DNA from: the human T2T-CHM13v2.0 reference genome, Homo sapiens
NCBI RefSeq assembly: GCF_009914755.1
Contig: NC_060927.1
Length of the DNA stretch: 64,000 nt
Reading direction: 5' to 3' (one strand)
The notes beneath the pieces were generated by a model, which had not been told where the DNA came from, ran no database searches, and saw nothing but the letters and a program-made list of their open reading frames with translations. Position 1 is the first letter of the stretch; every line of letters begins with the position of its first letter. Shown piece by piece: positions 28,908 to 44,225 of the stretch. Both the position numbers and the translations under genes were made by a program.

Positions 28908-30040
28908 ACTCATATTGGCTGTACTAGATCAGAACTCATAAAAATCAAAGGGCTTGCCACACCCATTGGTTTGACTAGAAAACTAGTCTTTTACTTTTTT
29001 ATGAAAATTGCCATAATTGACCTTATTTTATTCTAATTATAGTTATTTAAGCTAGAGACCATGTCACTGATGAGGTGAAAGAATACTGTGCGATCAGATT
29101 TTAATTGGGTGGGGATTAATTGATCCTTTTTCCAGGAGTTCTGAGCTTGAGGTACAGCTAGAGAAGCAGAAGCAATCACAGTAAAAACAGGCAGAGGAAG
29201 TGATGAGAATGGCAGGGGCAATAAAGTACAGACTGCAAATGGAAACACTTCCAAGGGGCAAATGGCTGGGTCACTAAGGCTACTCTATCATGATCATGAA
29301 AGAACAAGATTTTATTACCCTTTGAAACTTACTGCTCAATTACTAATGTTTTTCTCACTTTCCTTATTTCCCTGTTTCTTACAAGCAAGAAATACATGGT
29401 CATATTTATAGTACATGTGTACCCCCTCTTTCAATGTCTCTCTATGTTATGCATATGGGGTCCCATTCAGGCCTCTATATATTATATTCCAGAGTTCGGG
29501 ACACATGCCACCTTACCCACAGCATAGGTTAAGGAATAGCCTTTATTGGGAAAATTTACACAGGTCAACGTCTGCTTGGGTCCACTTAATCTTCACATCA
29601 TCCTATAGGAGGCTTGCCTAGACTAGGGCACTGTTGGTCTTCAAAGGCAGGACTGCATTTCAGTACAAAGGTCTCTTCCACTTGCATGTGGAGACCTGTA
29701 CATAGTTTGGTCCACAGAGAATACATAGGCTGCTTAGAGTCATCCTTTCTGGATTTCAGATGGCGGCTGCTGTCTGGGAATGTTGGCTGCCCTGCACCTG
29801 GAGCCCTTAGGGTCAATGGGACATTGCATTCCACCCTGGCAGAGGAAAAAGTCCCTGGTCCCATAGGAATGTGAGCATGGGCTTAGCTCAGGCCCTCCCT
29901 CAGGGGGCCAGCTCAGGGGGTGGGTAGACACAGCTGGCTTATTAGCCAGATAATGTACAGTGTCCATCCATGGACTACCCATCTGCTTATTGGAATGAAT
30001 GCTGGCTAAGTGCCTGCTCTGACTTTATACATATAAATGT

Positions 30041-30043
<3 letters not shown>

Positions 30044-30093
<50 letters not shown>
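30044..30093. repeat. (TA)n microsatellite, about 25 units
   Basis: Direct reading. Confidence 0.97.
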
Positions 30094-30098
<5 letters not shown>

Positions 30099-30139
30099 TG
30101 TATATGTAGGCAGATATAGATTTATATAGATACGTAATA

Positions 30140-30258
30140 TTTTTTAAAGGAACAGGGTCTTGCTATGCTGCCCAGGCTGGTCTCAAATTCCTGGGTTCAA
30201 GCCATCCTCCTTATTCCTGAGCAGCTGGAATTACAGATACGTACCACCATGCCCAGCT
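30140..30258 (-). mobile_element. FLAM/FAM Alu monomer
   Basis: 'cagggtcttgctatgctgcccaggctggtctcaaattcctgggttcaagccatcctcc'. Confidence 0.85.
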
Positions 30259-31010
30259 TCTATATAAATATTGATTATAATTTATAAGCCCTGGTTATAT
30301 CATATATAGCCTATGTAAACATATATTTTACATATATGTACACTTTGCATATGTATGGATATATTTAAGCCACTAAATCCAATTGAAAGTGAAAATAAAT
30401 TTCATTTGAAAATCATGAAATAGTTTTGATCACACCATGAGGTTTCACAGTATGGATTTGGTGTTCACTAGGCATGTAGTCTTTTCCCCCCACACACGTT
30501 TCTTTTCCTATTGTCTTTCTTCAGATGTGGGCTACATCGACAATATGAAATCTGGTACATCACTAAAAATTTAACCTTGACATGTAGCTTGATGGTTCAA
30601 CTGCTTTCTATATTGTCATGAAAAGAAATAACTCCACGGTAATGAACTATTTTGAGTGGTTGTCACTGTTTCACCATACAAGAACTTTTGATAATATTGT
30701 TTTTCCATTTCTTTCAACTTAAAAGAATTTAAAACATTACTGATACCATTAAAGTCTTTTTCCAACCCCCTTTCAAATTTCATTTCCAAACTTCCATTTT
30801 TGAAGCAACCACTGTCATGAATTTGGCATTGATCTTTGCAGTGTATTTTTAAATATTTTTCTTACATATCTATGTACCCACTCACAATATGAAGTGAATT
30901 GCTGTGCTATTATAATTTACATAAATGACATCATATTAAATGTATCAATCTAAAATTTTTTTTATTCGCCTTTTAAAACTCAGATTGTATATTATATATA
31001 CTTTTGATAC

Positions 31011-31845
31011 TGTGATATATAATAAGAAACATATATTTTGGGCTTCATTCCTGTTTTCTAGCACACAGCTCCTAGTAACCTTTGATTCTCAGAGGCAATA
31101 ATTTCTAATGAGGTGACTGGTGGCTGGGGGCTCCTGGACAGCCTCAGCACAGGGGCTGGTTGGGAGGGTTGGGATCAACCCTGTGAATGCACGTTGTTAT
31201 TACAGCTCTACCCACTCCCCAACCTCTGGGGAGATGAGAGGGACTGAAAGTTAAGGTGAGAACCAACAGCCAATGATGTAATTAACTGTGTCTACATAAT
31301 GAAGCCTCCATAAAAACCCAAAGGACAGAGTTTGAAGAGCTTCTGGGTTGCTGAACACATGGAGGCACTGGGAAGGAGCTGTGCCCGAAGAGGGCATGGA
31401 AGCTCCCGCTCCCTTCCCGCATGCTTTGCACAGTGTACTTCATCTGACTGTTGATCTGCATCCTGTGTAATAGCGCTTATGATAAACCGCAAGCATAAGT
31501 AAGTATTTCCCTGAATTTCATGAGCTGTTCTAGCAAATGATAGAACCCAAGGAGGTCATGAGAACTTCCAATTTGTAGCTAAGTGAGAACAGAAATATGG
31601 GTAAACTGAAAACCTACTACTTGCAACTGGCATCTGAAGTGGAGAGCAATCTTGTAGGACTGAGCCCTTAGCCTGTGGGGGTCTGGACTAACGACCATTA
31701 GTGTGAAAATTGAATGGAATTGTAGGACAGCCAGTTGGTGTTGGCTGAAGAATGGATGTGTAGGGAAAAAAATCCCACATATCTAGTGTCAGAGTGAAGT
31801 ATTGAAGAGTGAGTGTGAGTATAGAGAAAAATAGTGTTTGCTATA
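31011..31845 (+). mobile_element. MER21-family LTR
   Basis: 'tgtgatatataataagaaa', 'aatgaggtgactggtggctgggggctcctggacagcctcag', 'cttgcaactggcatctgaagt'. Confidence 0.8.
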
Positions 31846-32006
31846 AAATATTAGTACAGTTAAAGAAAATCAATGACGTGGTCGCCCATGTGCCCACAAT
31901 TCGACAATCCTTTATAAAGAAGCCTTATATGTGCACTTAGCTATCTCATTCTTCTCCTTTCCCTGGATGTAACTATGATCCTGAATTTTATATTAAAAAT
32001 TCTCCC

Positions 32007-32402
<396 letters not shown>

Positions 32403-33096
32403 TCATGCAGAACACATTCTTCATCATTTCTGCTTTTTCTTTTCAACATTTTATTTTAGACATTGATTAATATTGATACATACAGCTATAATTCACTGAT
32501 TTCGAATAAATGTGATGGGAAAAACTATCCATGTTGATGTATAGAGTTAATTCATAGCAAATTACCTGTGTTTACTGCAATGTGAGAACCTTTGTCTTTT
32601 AACAGGAAAGTTGAATTCATTTATATTTGCTATTTTCACTGATTCTAAGGTGCAGTAATAGACTAGACTATTTTGGAATAAATCTCTCAATAAAACGTAT
32701 CTATAACTGTTAGGTTACTATATAAGAAATATCTGTAAAGCAAGGGTTATACAAATGAAGGAGTCACAAATGAGTGCCTTGTAACATTCTTGAGTCCCAG
32801 TTACTTATAAGTATCTGCTTTTCCATCCACAGGCCATGGAAGTTGAACCACTTTCAGACTATGTCCTTGGCTTATGGGGAGATTTTTCTAATCTCAGTTC
32901 ATTGGTACTTTCAAAGTTACTTCCGGATTACAGTGCATTCACTCCTGTCCTATGAAGGTATTGGAAAAGCATCCTCTATATGCATATGGGCTGCAATTCT
33001 TCAATTCGGTCTCTCACACTCTACCTTTAAGTTCTCTCTTCAGTTTCAGTATCTGGAGATTTCCCATTCTTTGTTTTGATTATGTAGTTGAAATAT

Positions 33097-33098
<2 letters not shown>

Positions 33099-33136
<38 letters not shown>
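33099..33136. repeat. (CA)n microsatellite
   Basis: Direct reading. Confidence 0.95.
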
Positions 33137-33138
<2 letters not shown>

Positions 33139-33162
33139 AAAAAATATTTGTTTAGCATTTCT

Positions 33163-33486
<324 letters not shown>

Positions 33487-34529
33487 AGCATTTCTAACTA
33501 TTCAAAGTAAAATAAGAAACCTTTCATATCTGCCCACTATGCTGTAATTATGAGATATTTGATGTGATCTTTCCAGAAACCAGGTTTTATAAAGTATATA
33601 ATGCTGCTATCAAAATGTAATTAAACAGTTTTGTTGTTGTATTTTAAATTTTTAAAAAAAGTATTCTTACAATTGGCCTATAAATGAGCAAAAAAATTTT
33701 TTAAGATTTGAAATATATATTCAATATAAAATATATGTATTATATCCAAATATATATGAAAATTGAAAATAGTGTATGTGATATACAATATATTACTTAT
33801 ACATATGTAATCTGTTACATGCTATCTACAAGATAAAGTTTTTCAAATAAGCACAAATATTATTAGAGTTGATTTTTATGCATCATAGCAATGTCTATAT
33901 TTTTATTCCCCTAAAATACCCCCAGAGATTGAAGGGGTACATTCTTCTATCAATGTCTAAACACTGCAGAAAAAATATAAAGCCAAAATTGTTTTTCCTC
34001 TTCAATAAATTCTATCTGGAATAAGAATTAGATTTTTTAAAAATAGTTTATAAAACGGTAAATTTAAATTAAATTTTTTGTTTTTTTATTTCTATTTTGT
34101 TTTTATAACTTTACTTCCAGGCTGAATCATTCACATCAGAACAGTCACTTGATTTTCAGTAGAGAATCAACAAGCATTTATGATGCAGATGTTATTCACA
34201 TTGTCCTCAAGTGACCATCAAACTTGCTTTTATTCCTTAATGGAAAAGTGTTATGAAACATAGAAAAAAGTTCTTGGCATGGCATGATATGAGCAAGAAT
34301 GCTAAAAGATATTTCTTCTCAAAAATATCTCTCCTTTTTAGATCTCAACTTTAAAGTTTTTTTATTCCAAATTCAAGGCTGTTGGTGAAAGTTTTCTGAA
34401 ACCATCAGTTCTAAAGATTTAAACATTATTAACCCATAATTAACATTAATATTGTAAAGTGAATTCATATAGAACACTTTTCAAAATGTATTATTCCTCA
34501 GTATGCTAGTATCAATATACTTAAAAAGT

Positions 34530-35113
34530 GTTTTGGCTCCTCAAAAAATTAAACATGGAAATATCATCTAATCCAGTAATTCTACTCCTAGGTACATAGC
34601 AAAAAGAAATGAAAATTGGTATTCAAACAAAACATATACACAAATGTTCATAACGCCATTATTCAAAATAGCCAAAAGGTATCCATTAACTGCCTAAATC
34701 TAAGAACTAATGAGTGTATATCAAATGCAGTATATTCATAGAATAGAATATCATTCAGCCATAAAAAGGAATGAAATACCGATACATGCTACAACATGAC
34801 TGAACCTCAAAAAAATTATGCTAAGTGAAAGAATTCAAACACAAAAGGTCACATGTTATGTTAAATGAGTCCCTTTGTATAAAATATTGAGATTAGGTAA
34901 ATCTGTAGAGACAGCAGATTAATGGTTGCACAGGCTTGAGGGAGGTGCAGTGGGAAGTAAGGACTTAACGGATACAGAGTTCCCTTTTGAGGTGACGAAA
35001 ATGTTGTGGAACTAGATGGAGGCGGTGGTTATACAACACTGTAAATGTAATAAATGCCACTGAATTGTACACCTTAAAATGGTTAACCATGTTGTGTAAA
35101 TTTTACATCAATA
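34530..35113 (+). mobile_element. L1MB-like 3' end
   Basis: 'cattcagccataaaaaggaatgaaatac', 'ggtgacgaaaatgttgtggaactaga', 'atgccactgaattgtacac'. Confidence 0.88.
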
Positions 35114-35114
35114 T

Positions 35115-35414
<300 letters not shown>

Positions 35415-35741
35415 TCAATAAAAAAGGAAAAGAGGAGGGTTCTATAATGTACAATGTGGAGATTCACAATTCACACTAGCACTTTACAGACTCTGAGAAC
35501 TCCTGCAGTAACTTACCCATTTAAGTCATATTTCTCAAATGCATTGGATTACAAAAACCTCCTTGTTGTGTGTATATGTATGTGTGCACATACGCCTACA
35601 CACACTCCTGCACACATTTGCACATATGTTTGCTTAAGTAGTACCTCATATGCCTCATCTTTAAGGCTTAGCAGACCTGTTTTGGGTCAGACTCACAAAA
35701 AGAGATAACAAAGTACAGAACAAATAAATCCTTTAAGATCA

Positions 35742-36645
<904 letters not shown>

Positions 36646-38620
36646 CATAACTTTCATTACACAGGGCCACAATTTTCTGAAAAGTGTCCAACATCCCAAA
36701 AACATAATTCTAATAAGACCTCTTCCCACAACCACACATCTAAGAAATGGCACCTTTAAGAAGTCTCCACTCAACAATTCTGAGTGATTTTCTATCCCCA
36801 TCCATTCTTTGATGCAGTGGGTATTTTCACTTTGTAGAGAAAAGGAAAAAATATTTTCTAGTACAGCATCCTCCCTAGTAGGGCAGCTCAACAAGTTTAT
36901 ATTAACACTACCCCCAAAACTTGTTACAGATCAATTAATCTCAAGTTAAAATGATCATTTCTTGCTAGTATCCTCTGATAGTTCATTAATTGATATCAAA
37001 TAATGCTACTTGTTGCTTTTAATCTCTGGTTTTTCCATGATGGTCTGCTTACCTTCTACATTGGAATAACTTCAAGGAAAGAGGGCTAATAATTGAAAAC
37101 AGATATTTGTGGGTCTCTCTCCAGATGGACTAAACCTGACTCAATGAGGAAGAAGCACAGCAACCCATTCTTTATGTTTTGGGATATTTTTATGGATATA
37201 AATGTTCAAGAACTACTATTACAAGTTCTCTAATCTTCCCTAGTTTGAGTCAAATCATCTGGGAGTCATGGGCTCACAGCTCTTCACATTAGCCTCAGTA
37301 GCTCTTTTTTTATTTAATTGCACTTTGGTGAGATGCCAGCAGCCAATACTGAGGTGTATTATATAAACTTCACTGAATAACTTGTGTCTGTGTTTACTGT
37401 TGAGATTATGTGTATGACAATATATGGTATCCTGTCTGTAAAGACTTGGGAGAAAATTCTGATCTCATAATCAGATAGAATTGTTCATCTCTTCAGCAAC
37501 TAGATAGATTTAACACTATAAGTAGTGTGACTCACTCACCTCTAGTGTTTCCTTCTTCTCATTGGCTAGCAGAAACTTACAAGTTTTTGGCATACCTCTA
37601 GAAAATATGCGTGACTTCATTGTGTGATTTTTGTGTCCTGACTCACTTTTACTTTCACTGAAATTTCCTGAGTCTTTTTTTAAATCATTTATTTGCTATT
37701 TCATATGTATTTTATTAAATGATTTTTTAAATCCCTTCTGGAACAAGCCTGGGTATAAATAGTCAACTGTATTCTAATTATTAACACGTACCAGACATTC
37801 AACAAGTTCAGTCCATCAGTGAAATACCTTAAAAGCAAAGACGTAGCCCCCGCCAGTGTATTATAGATGCTTTTGCAGGGAACTGTGTGAAGAAATTCTA
37901 GCAATGTTGTAAGCAATTAATTGGATAGGATTTCAACTTTTGACACCAATAACCGGTCTAACAACATTCTGTGACTTGGCATATCAGTGAACATAGGAGA
38001 AAATAATAGGGCTTGTGCATTTCCAAAGAACTATTGAGGAAGGAATTCAGAAAATATCCCACAATTTTAATTATCCTTTCTTTTCATTAATCTTCCTCGC
38101 TTATGCATGCATAAGCATACAAATAATATAAAAATTATAGAACCCCCGGATTTCATTTAAATCTTTCTGGCCCTTCGGACATTTACACAGTGCAAATTCC
38201 CTCTTTTCACCCAGTCATGCATTATACTTTGCTATAGGATGAGGAAATTCTTAATAAATGTCATCATGATTTAGTTCACTTTGGGCAAGTAAGGTTAAAT
38301 TTAAAATATTTAGAAGTTTGAAGTTATTACATTACAGATGAGTTTGTATTTCTTACTATTTATTAACTGTAAGAGTATACTAGAATAAGTGTTAGATGTT
38401 GCCTATGACTATATAAAGTATCTGAGTCAACCAGAAATGAGCTCACACTTCTAATAACTTAGGCATGAATGAGTGAATCATAAAAAAGCCCCCCGTTCCT
38501 TTTATTGAAATAATCCTGGGAAAGATGGAAACAGCACAGGCCTCTGCTTCTGATAACAGATATGGGAAGGAAATATGGTACAGCCCTGGAAAATCTTTGG
38601 GCTGTTAGAATTAGCTTTCT

Positions 38621-39809
38621 TTTTTTTTAAACTTATTTTTTATTATTATTATTATCATTATACTTCAAGTTCTAGGGTACATGTGCACAACGTGCAGTTT
38701 TGTTACATATGTATACATGTGCCATGTTGGTGTGCTGCACCCATTAACTTGTCATTTACATTAGTTATATCTCCTAATGCTATCCCTCCTCCCTACCCCC
38801 ACCCCACGACAGGCCCCACTGTGTGATGTTCCCTGCCCTGTGTCCAACTGTTCTCATTGTTCAATTCCCACCTATGAGTGAGAACATGCGGTGTTTGGTT
38901 TTTTGTCCTTGCGATAGTTTGCTCAGAATGATGGTTTCCAGCTTCATCCATGTCCCTACAAAGGACATGAACTCATCCTTTTTTATGGCTGCATAGTATT
39001 CCATGGTGTATATGTGCCACATTTTCTTAATCCAGTATATCACTGATGGACATTTGGGTTGGTTCCAAGTCTTTGCTATTGTGAATAGTGCCACAATAAA
39101 CATACGTGTGCATGTGTCTTTATAGCAGCATGATTTATAATCCTTTGGGTATAGACCAATGGAACAGAACAGAGCCCTCAGAAATAATACCACACATCTG
39201 CAACCAACTGATCTTTGACAAAACTGACAAAAACAAGAAATGAGGAAAGAATTCCCTATTTAATAAATGGTGCTGGGAAAACTGGCTAGCCATAGGTAGA
39301 AAGCTGAAACTGGATCCCTTCCTTACACCTTATACAAAAATTAATTCAAGTTGGATTAAAGACTTAAATGTTAGACCTAAAACCATAAAAACCCTAGAAG
39401 AAAACCCAGGCAATACCATTCAGGACATAGGCATGGGCAAGGACTTCATGACTAAAACACCAGAAGCAATGGCAACAAAAGCCATCATTGACAAATGGGA
39501 TCTAATTAAACTAAAGAGCTTCTGCACAGCAAAAGAAACTACCATCAGAGTGAACAGGCAACCTACAGAATGGGAGAAAATTTTTGCATTCTACCCATCT
39601 GACAAAGGGCTAATATCCAGAATCTACAAAGAACTTAAACAAATTTACAAGAAAAAATCAACCCCACCAAAAAGTGGGTGAAGGATATGAAAAAACACTT
39701 CTCAAAAGAAGACATTTATGCAGCCAATAGACACATGAAAAAATGCTCATCATCACTGGCCATCAGAGAAATGCAAATCAAAACCACAATGAGATACCAT
39801 CTCATACCA
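38621..39809 (-). mobile_element. L1PA (about PA4-6), 5'-truncated with 5' inversion (twin priming)
   Basis: 38621-39152 is an L1 3' end on the - strand; 39153-39817 is ORF2 sequence on the + strand ([10 protein letters not shown]...[15 protein letters not shown]); 17-bp TSD gttagaattagctttct at 38604-38620 and 39810-39826. Confidence 0.96.
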
Positions 39810-39849
39810 GTTAGAATTAGCTTTCTATAGAGACAGCTGGTAACACATA

Positions 39850-40090
39850 GCACATTAGTTAAGCAGGCTCTGGCATTAGATTGTTAGGGGTTAAACTCTA
39901 GCCCTAATGTTTATTAAGTGGTCAGTACTGGGATATTTGACTTAGTCTTTCTGTGCCTCAGTCTCTTTCTATAAAGTAAGAATAGTAATACTACCTATCT
40001 CACAGAATTGTTTTGAGGATTAAATAGGTTGATCTATAAAGAGCCCTTGGACCTAGAAAATAATAAAATTTTAATAAATATTGAATGTTA
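39850..40090 (+). mobile_element. MIR SINE
   Basis: 'ttctgtgcctcagtctctttctataaagt...acctatctcacagaattgttttgaggattaaat'. Confidence 0.8.
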
Positions 40091-40409
40091 AACCCCTCTC
40101 TGGTTGATGTCCTGAGACACAGATTTACCTGTATTCCTTATTGGGAGATTTGATATGCAGTTCAGACCAAGAATAGCCATTATTACCATAATTGCTACTA
40201 GCTCCATCCATAATGGAAGATCCCATTACATAGTAGCCAACTTCAGAATGAGCAAGCCTTGTATGCTTTGCTGAGGAAGTGGAACTTTATCCTCGAGACA
40301 AACAAGAGTCACTGGAAGGTTATAATGTAGTAAGAAGTGTTAAGTGTTCAGATTTGGCTTTTGCAAGGATTATTCTGTAGATAAAGCACTGTTGAGATGA
40401 ATGAGAGAG

Positions 40410-40915
40410 AAACACACACATACAAACAGCAGCTTAAACAAGATAGAAGTGTGTGTTGTGTGGTGCGTGTGTGTGTGTGTCTGTGTGTGCACGCGTAGGT
40501 TTTGGGGGATTTTTCTGTTTCCCGTGTAAATGAGATCCATTTACATGGCTAGTAAGGCAAATTCTCACATTGATCCACGAATCCTCTATTCTGCTTGCTT
40601 CTTCATCCTCAAAAATGTAGATTCACTTCAAATTCCAGGGTGGCTACTCAAAATGGAGTCATTATGTTTCCATTCCAGGATTAGGAAAGGAAAAAGAAAA
40701 GAAGGCTATACAGCCTTCCATTAAGAACACCTCCTAGAAGCTACACATGAGACTTCCGCTTACCTGTCCTTGCTGGAGCTTAGTTAGACGGTTACTTTAG
40801 ATGCAAGTCAATCTGGAAAATGTGTTGCTTATTCCATATGGCCATGTAATTAAAAATACTCAACTATTAAGTGAAAGGGGGAAAGGCAATTCTAGGGGAC
40901 AAGTAGGAGTCTTTA
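40410..40915 (-). mobile_element. Old MaLR LTR (MLT1J/K-like) with TG-rich tract
   Basis: 'gcagcttaaacaagatagaagt', 'acttccgcttac', 'ctggaaaatgtg'. Confidence 0.5.
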
Positions 40916-41132
40916 CCATCTGCAAATAGCTAGTGAAGATGTCAGAAAGCTGTATCTTATAAGACTGGGTCACCAGCCAGCTTCATCCAAGAAGACCAGT
41001 CAAGGAGTATCGCAGGTTTCTGTTTTTGGTGAAAGGATAGAGGAGGTTTCATTCACAAACATAAGAAAAAGCTATTTTGTAAGGAAGATCATGAATAAAT
41101 TCACCTTTAAGCATATTAAGCTTAAGATACTG

Positions 41133-41492
<360 letters not shown>

Positions 41493-42287
41493 TCAGGAGA
41501 TAAATTCCCACTAGAGATACAGACTTGCGAGTCACCTCTAGAGCAGGTGGTTGAAAACAAGAAAGCGAATGAGGTAGCATGGATCTACGTTCCCCTTTCT
41601 TATTGTGGCCTAAATGGACGAGAGCATGCAGCTAGTAAGTACACTACCGCACAGGCTCTAGGATAATGGACTTGCATGGCCGCTCCAGGGTCTGAGGGCA
41701 AGGGTTACTCTCTGTATCTTCACACAAGTTGAGATGGAAAGAGGAAGCATAGTACAGACAGAACAAGTGGAAAAAGAATTCCATGGAGAGTCTGTGAAGA
41801 CGGAAGCGTTTATTTCTAATGGAATGAGATCCCACAGGTTACAACAAAAAGCCTGAGGAGGAGATCAGGAGGGCAGGGAAGAAGCTCTGGGAAGGTATCT
41901 GAGAAAAGAGCTGGCCAAAGAGGCCCACATTATTATGGGTGGCTAAAACAGACATAGGAGTGTCATGTCAAATTATAAATAATTTGATTGAGACATGGTT
42001 TTTTACTTAGGTAGTACAGGGTTCTAAATCCAAGCAGAAGCAGAGGCCTGATGACCCCACAATCTATGGTCCTGTACTATATAGCCTTTGGCCTACATTC
42101 AGAGCTTGAAATGGAACCAGGACAAGGAACAGCTCTGGGACTGTGGAAGTCCTTTGCAGGGGCAGACTCTCTGTCCAGGTGTTAGAGAGATTTTTAAAAT
42201 TATCTCCTTTCTGTTAGCAGCAGTCTTCAATGGCGGAGGCATGTCCTCAATATATAGCCCTCGGTTATTTATGACGGTTAACTTAGA

Positions 42288-42510
42288 TCAAAGGACCTGC
42301 AGCCCAAAGGCCAAATCAGATCCACTGCTCATTTTTGTAAACAAAGCTTCATTGAAATAGAGTCACAACCATTCATTCAATATCATCTCTGGCTGCTTCA
42401 GTGCCACAATGGCAGAGCTGAATAACTGTACAAAGACCGTATGGCCCACAAAGTCTCAAATACAGTATTTCGTATCTGGCTTTTGAGAGAAAAAGTTTGC
42501 CAACTCCTAA
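42288..42510. mobile_element. MER58A-like element
   Basis: 'ggccaaatcagatccactgctcatttttgtaaacaaagct' ... 'aaaagtttgccaactcct'. Confidence 0.85.
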
Positions 42511-43569
42511 TTTGGGTAGACTACATAAAACACAGAATACAATATCTAGCACATAGTAAGTGCTAACAAATTACACTCGTTTTTGTTTTTATTTTTTAAG
42601 TCAAACCTTGATTACCAACATCTTTGTTATTGGCAATTTGATTTTAGACACTCTGGGGAAACCATTCATCCTTGCTAATTTACATGTTGTTGGTGGTAAA
42701 ATTTACACAACTCTCCATTTTATCTAAAGCCTTGTATGTATAATTTCAGCCATATGGATTTTATGTGTGTGGAGATCATGGCTAATTCAACCATATGGAG
42801 ATTATTTTAACTTAAAGGCATTAAAAACCAACTGATGATCTCATCTCTTATATATGCAATTATAATAAGAGTCAAAATGCCAGGACAAATGAATTTAAAG
42901 GGTGTTTTTAATCACTAATACTGAGCATAAAAATGGAAGTAAAAGTGAGATTAAATTTAAGATATAATATTAAAGGTTGTCACATTATGAAAATTAAAAA
43001 TATGCTAAAATAGCAAAAGAAAACAAAGCAAGACTCATGGATCCTATAACCTATTCTCTACTGACCTTAAGCCCATAGTTGAAAGTCTTCAGCATTAAAA
43101 TTAAAATCCAGGGATATGGTAATACACTAAATGTTAATCCAAATCATGTTTAGAGTTTGGTGGAAAGAAATTTCTCCTGGAGAATATAGGCAATATACCT
43201 ATTAATATATTTGGTAAAATTTGGCAGAGATTTGCTAGAGAATGTAATTTGAGAATAGGCAGATACAGTACCATAAAAAAAGTACCAAAGAGTATCTTCT
43301 TAAATAAAAGGTAGTCACAGCACAATCCCTCTGCAAGGAGGCTTCAGTGTTGAGCTCAGATATTGATGGAAAAGGAAATGACTAATTTGGGAAAGTCTGT
43401 TTGTGTTGTGTCCAATCCTTAGCATCCTGGAGGGTCAGAAGAGTTCACGTCTCATAAAGTCTCAGGCCTTTGCCAAGATCATAATTGAAGTAGTCATAGG
43501 TTGTTTTCAGTGCCTGGCCAGCTCCTCTTAGCACTTATTTACATGTTTATGAAGTTTTTCCCGTTCTTC

Positions 43570-43775
43570 ACAGTGATGCTGATGATGAAAATGTTCCCTA
43601 TCTGCACTATGCAATGTGGTAATCCCTACCCACGTGTGGCTACTGAGCACTTGAAATGTGGCTAGTGCAACTGAGGAACTAGATTTTTAATCTGATTCAC
43701 TTTTCATTGATTGAAATTTAAGTGTGTATTTGAATAGCCACATGTAGTAGCAACTACCATATGGGACATCACAAG
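43570..43775. mobile_element. MER3-like hAT-Charlie element
   Basis: 'gtgtggctactgagcacttgaaatgtggctagtgcaactgaggaact'. Confidence 0.85.
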
Positions 43776-44124
43776 TTTTAAATTGAATAGGTTTCTGATT
43801 ATCTTCAGAACAAAGAAAAGTGTTGGGGATTTTCTTTTTCCACAAATGACATTAATTATTGTTCAAAGGTGTCCTTAACTAGGTAGAAGACCCACCCGAT
43901 CCGACCTGCTACACTCTGTACCTTTCACTATTCTCCCATCCTTCAAAATATACTTACCAATGTCTCATTTCTGAAACTCTTTTCTTCCAATCACTTACCT
44001 AATAAATTAACACCGTAAAAGATAGCCAAAAAAAAGCACAAAATGTCAAGAAACAGTGCCCTCTTCTAAAGACATTTTTAAGTCTAAAGATAAACATAGT
44101 AAGTTTATAAGAAAAAATAAATTT

Positions 44125-44225
44125 ATGCAGGTGGGGCAGGAGCAGAGGGTACATGGAAAATCTATGTACCTTCCTCCCAATTTTGCTGAGAACCTAAACC
44201 TGCTCTAAAAAATTAAGTTTTGTAA
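44125..44225 (+). mobile_element. L1M(C) extreme 3' fragment
   Basis: 'tatgtaccttcctcccaattttgctgagaacctaaacctgctctaaaaaat'. Confidence 0.75.

Noticed and set aside
39433-39681. 82-aa [13 protein letters not shown]...
   Set aside because: Fragment of L1PA ORF2 in the inverted segment of a truncated insertion.
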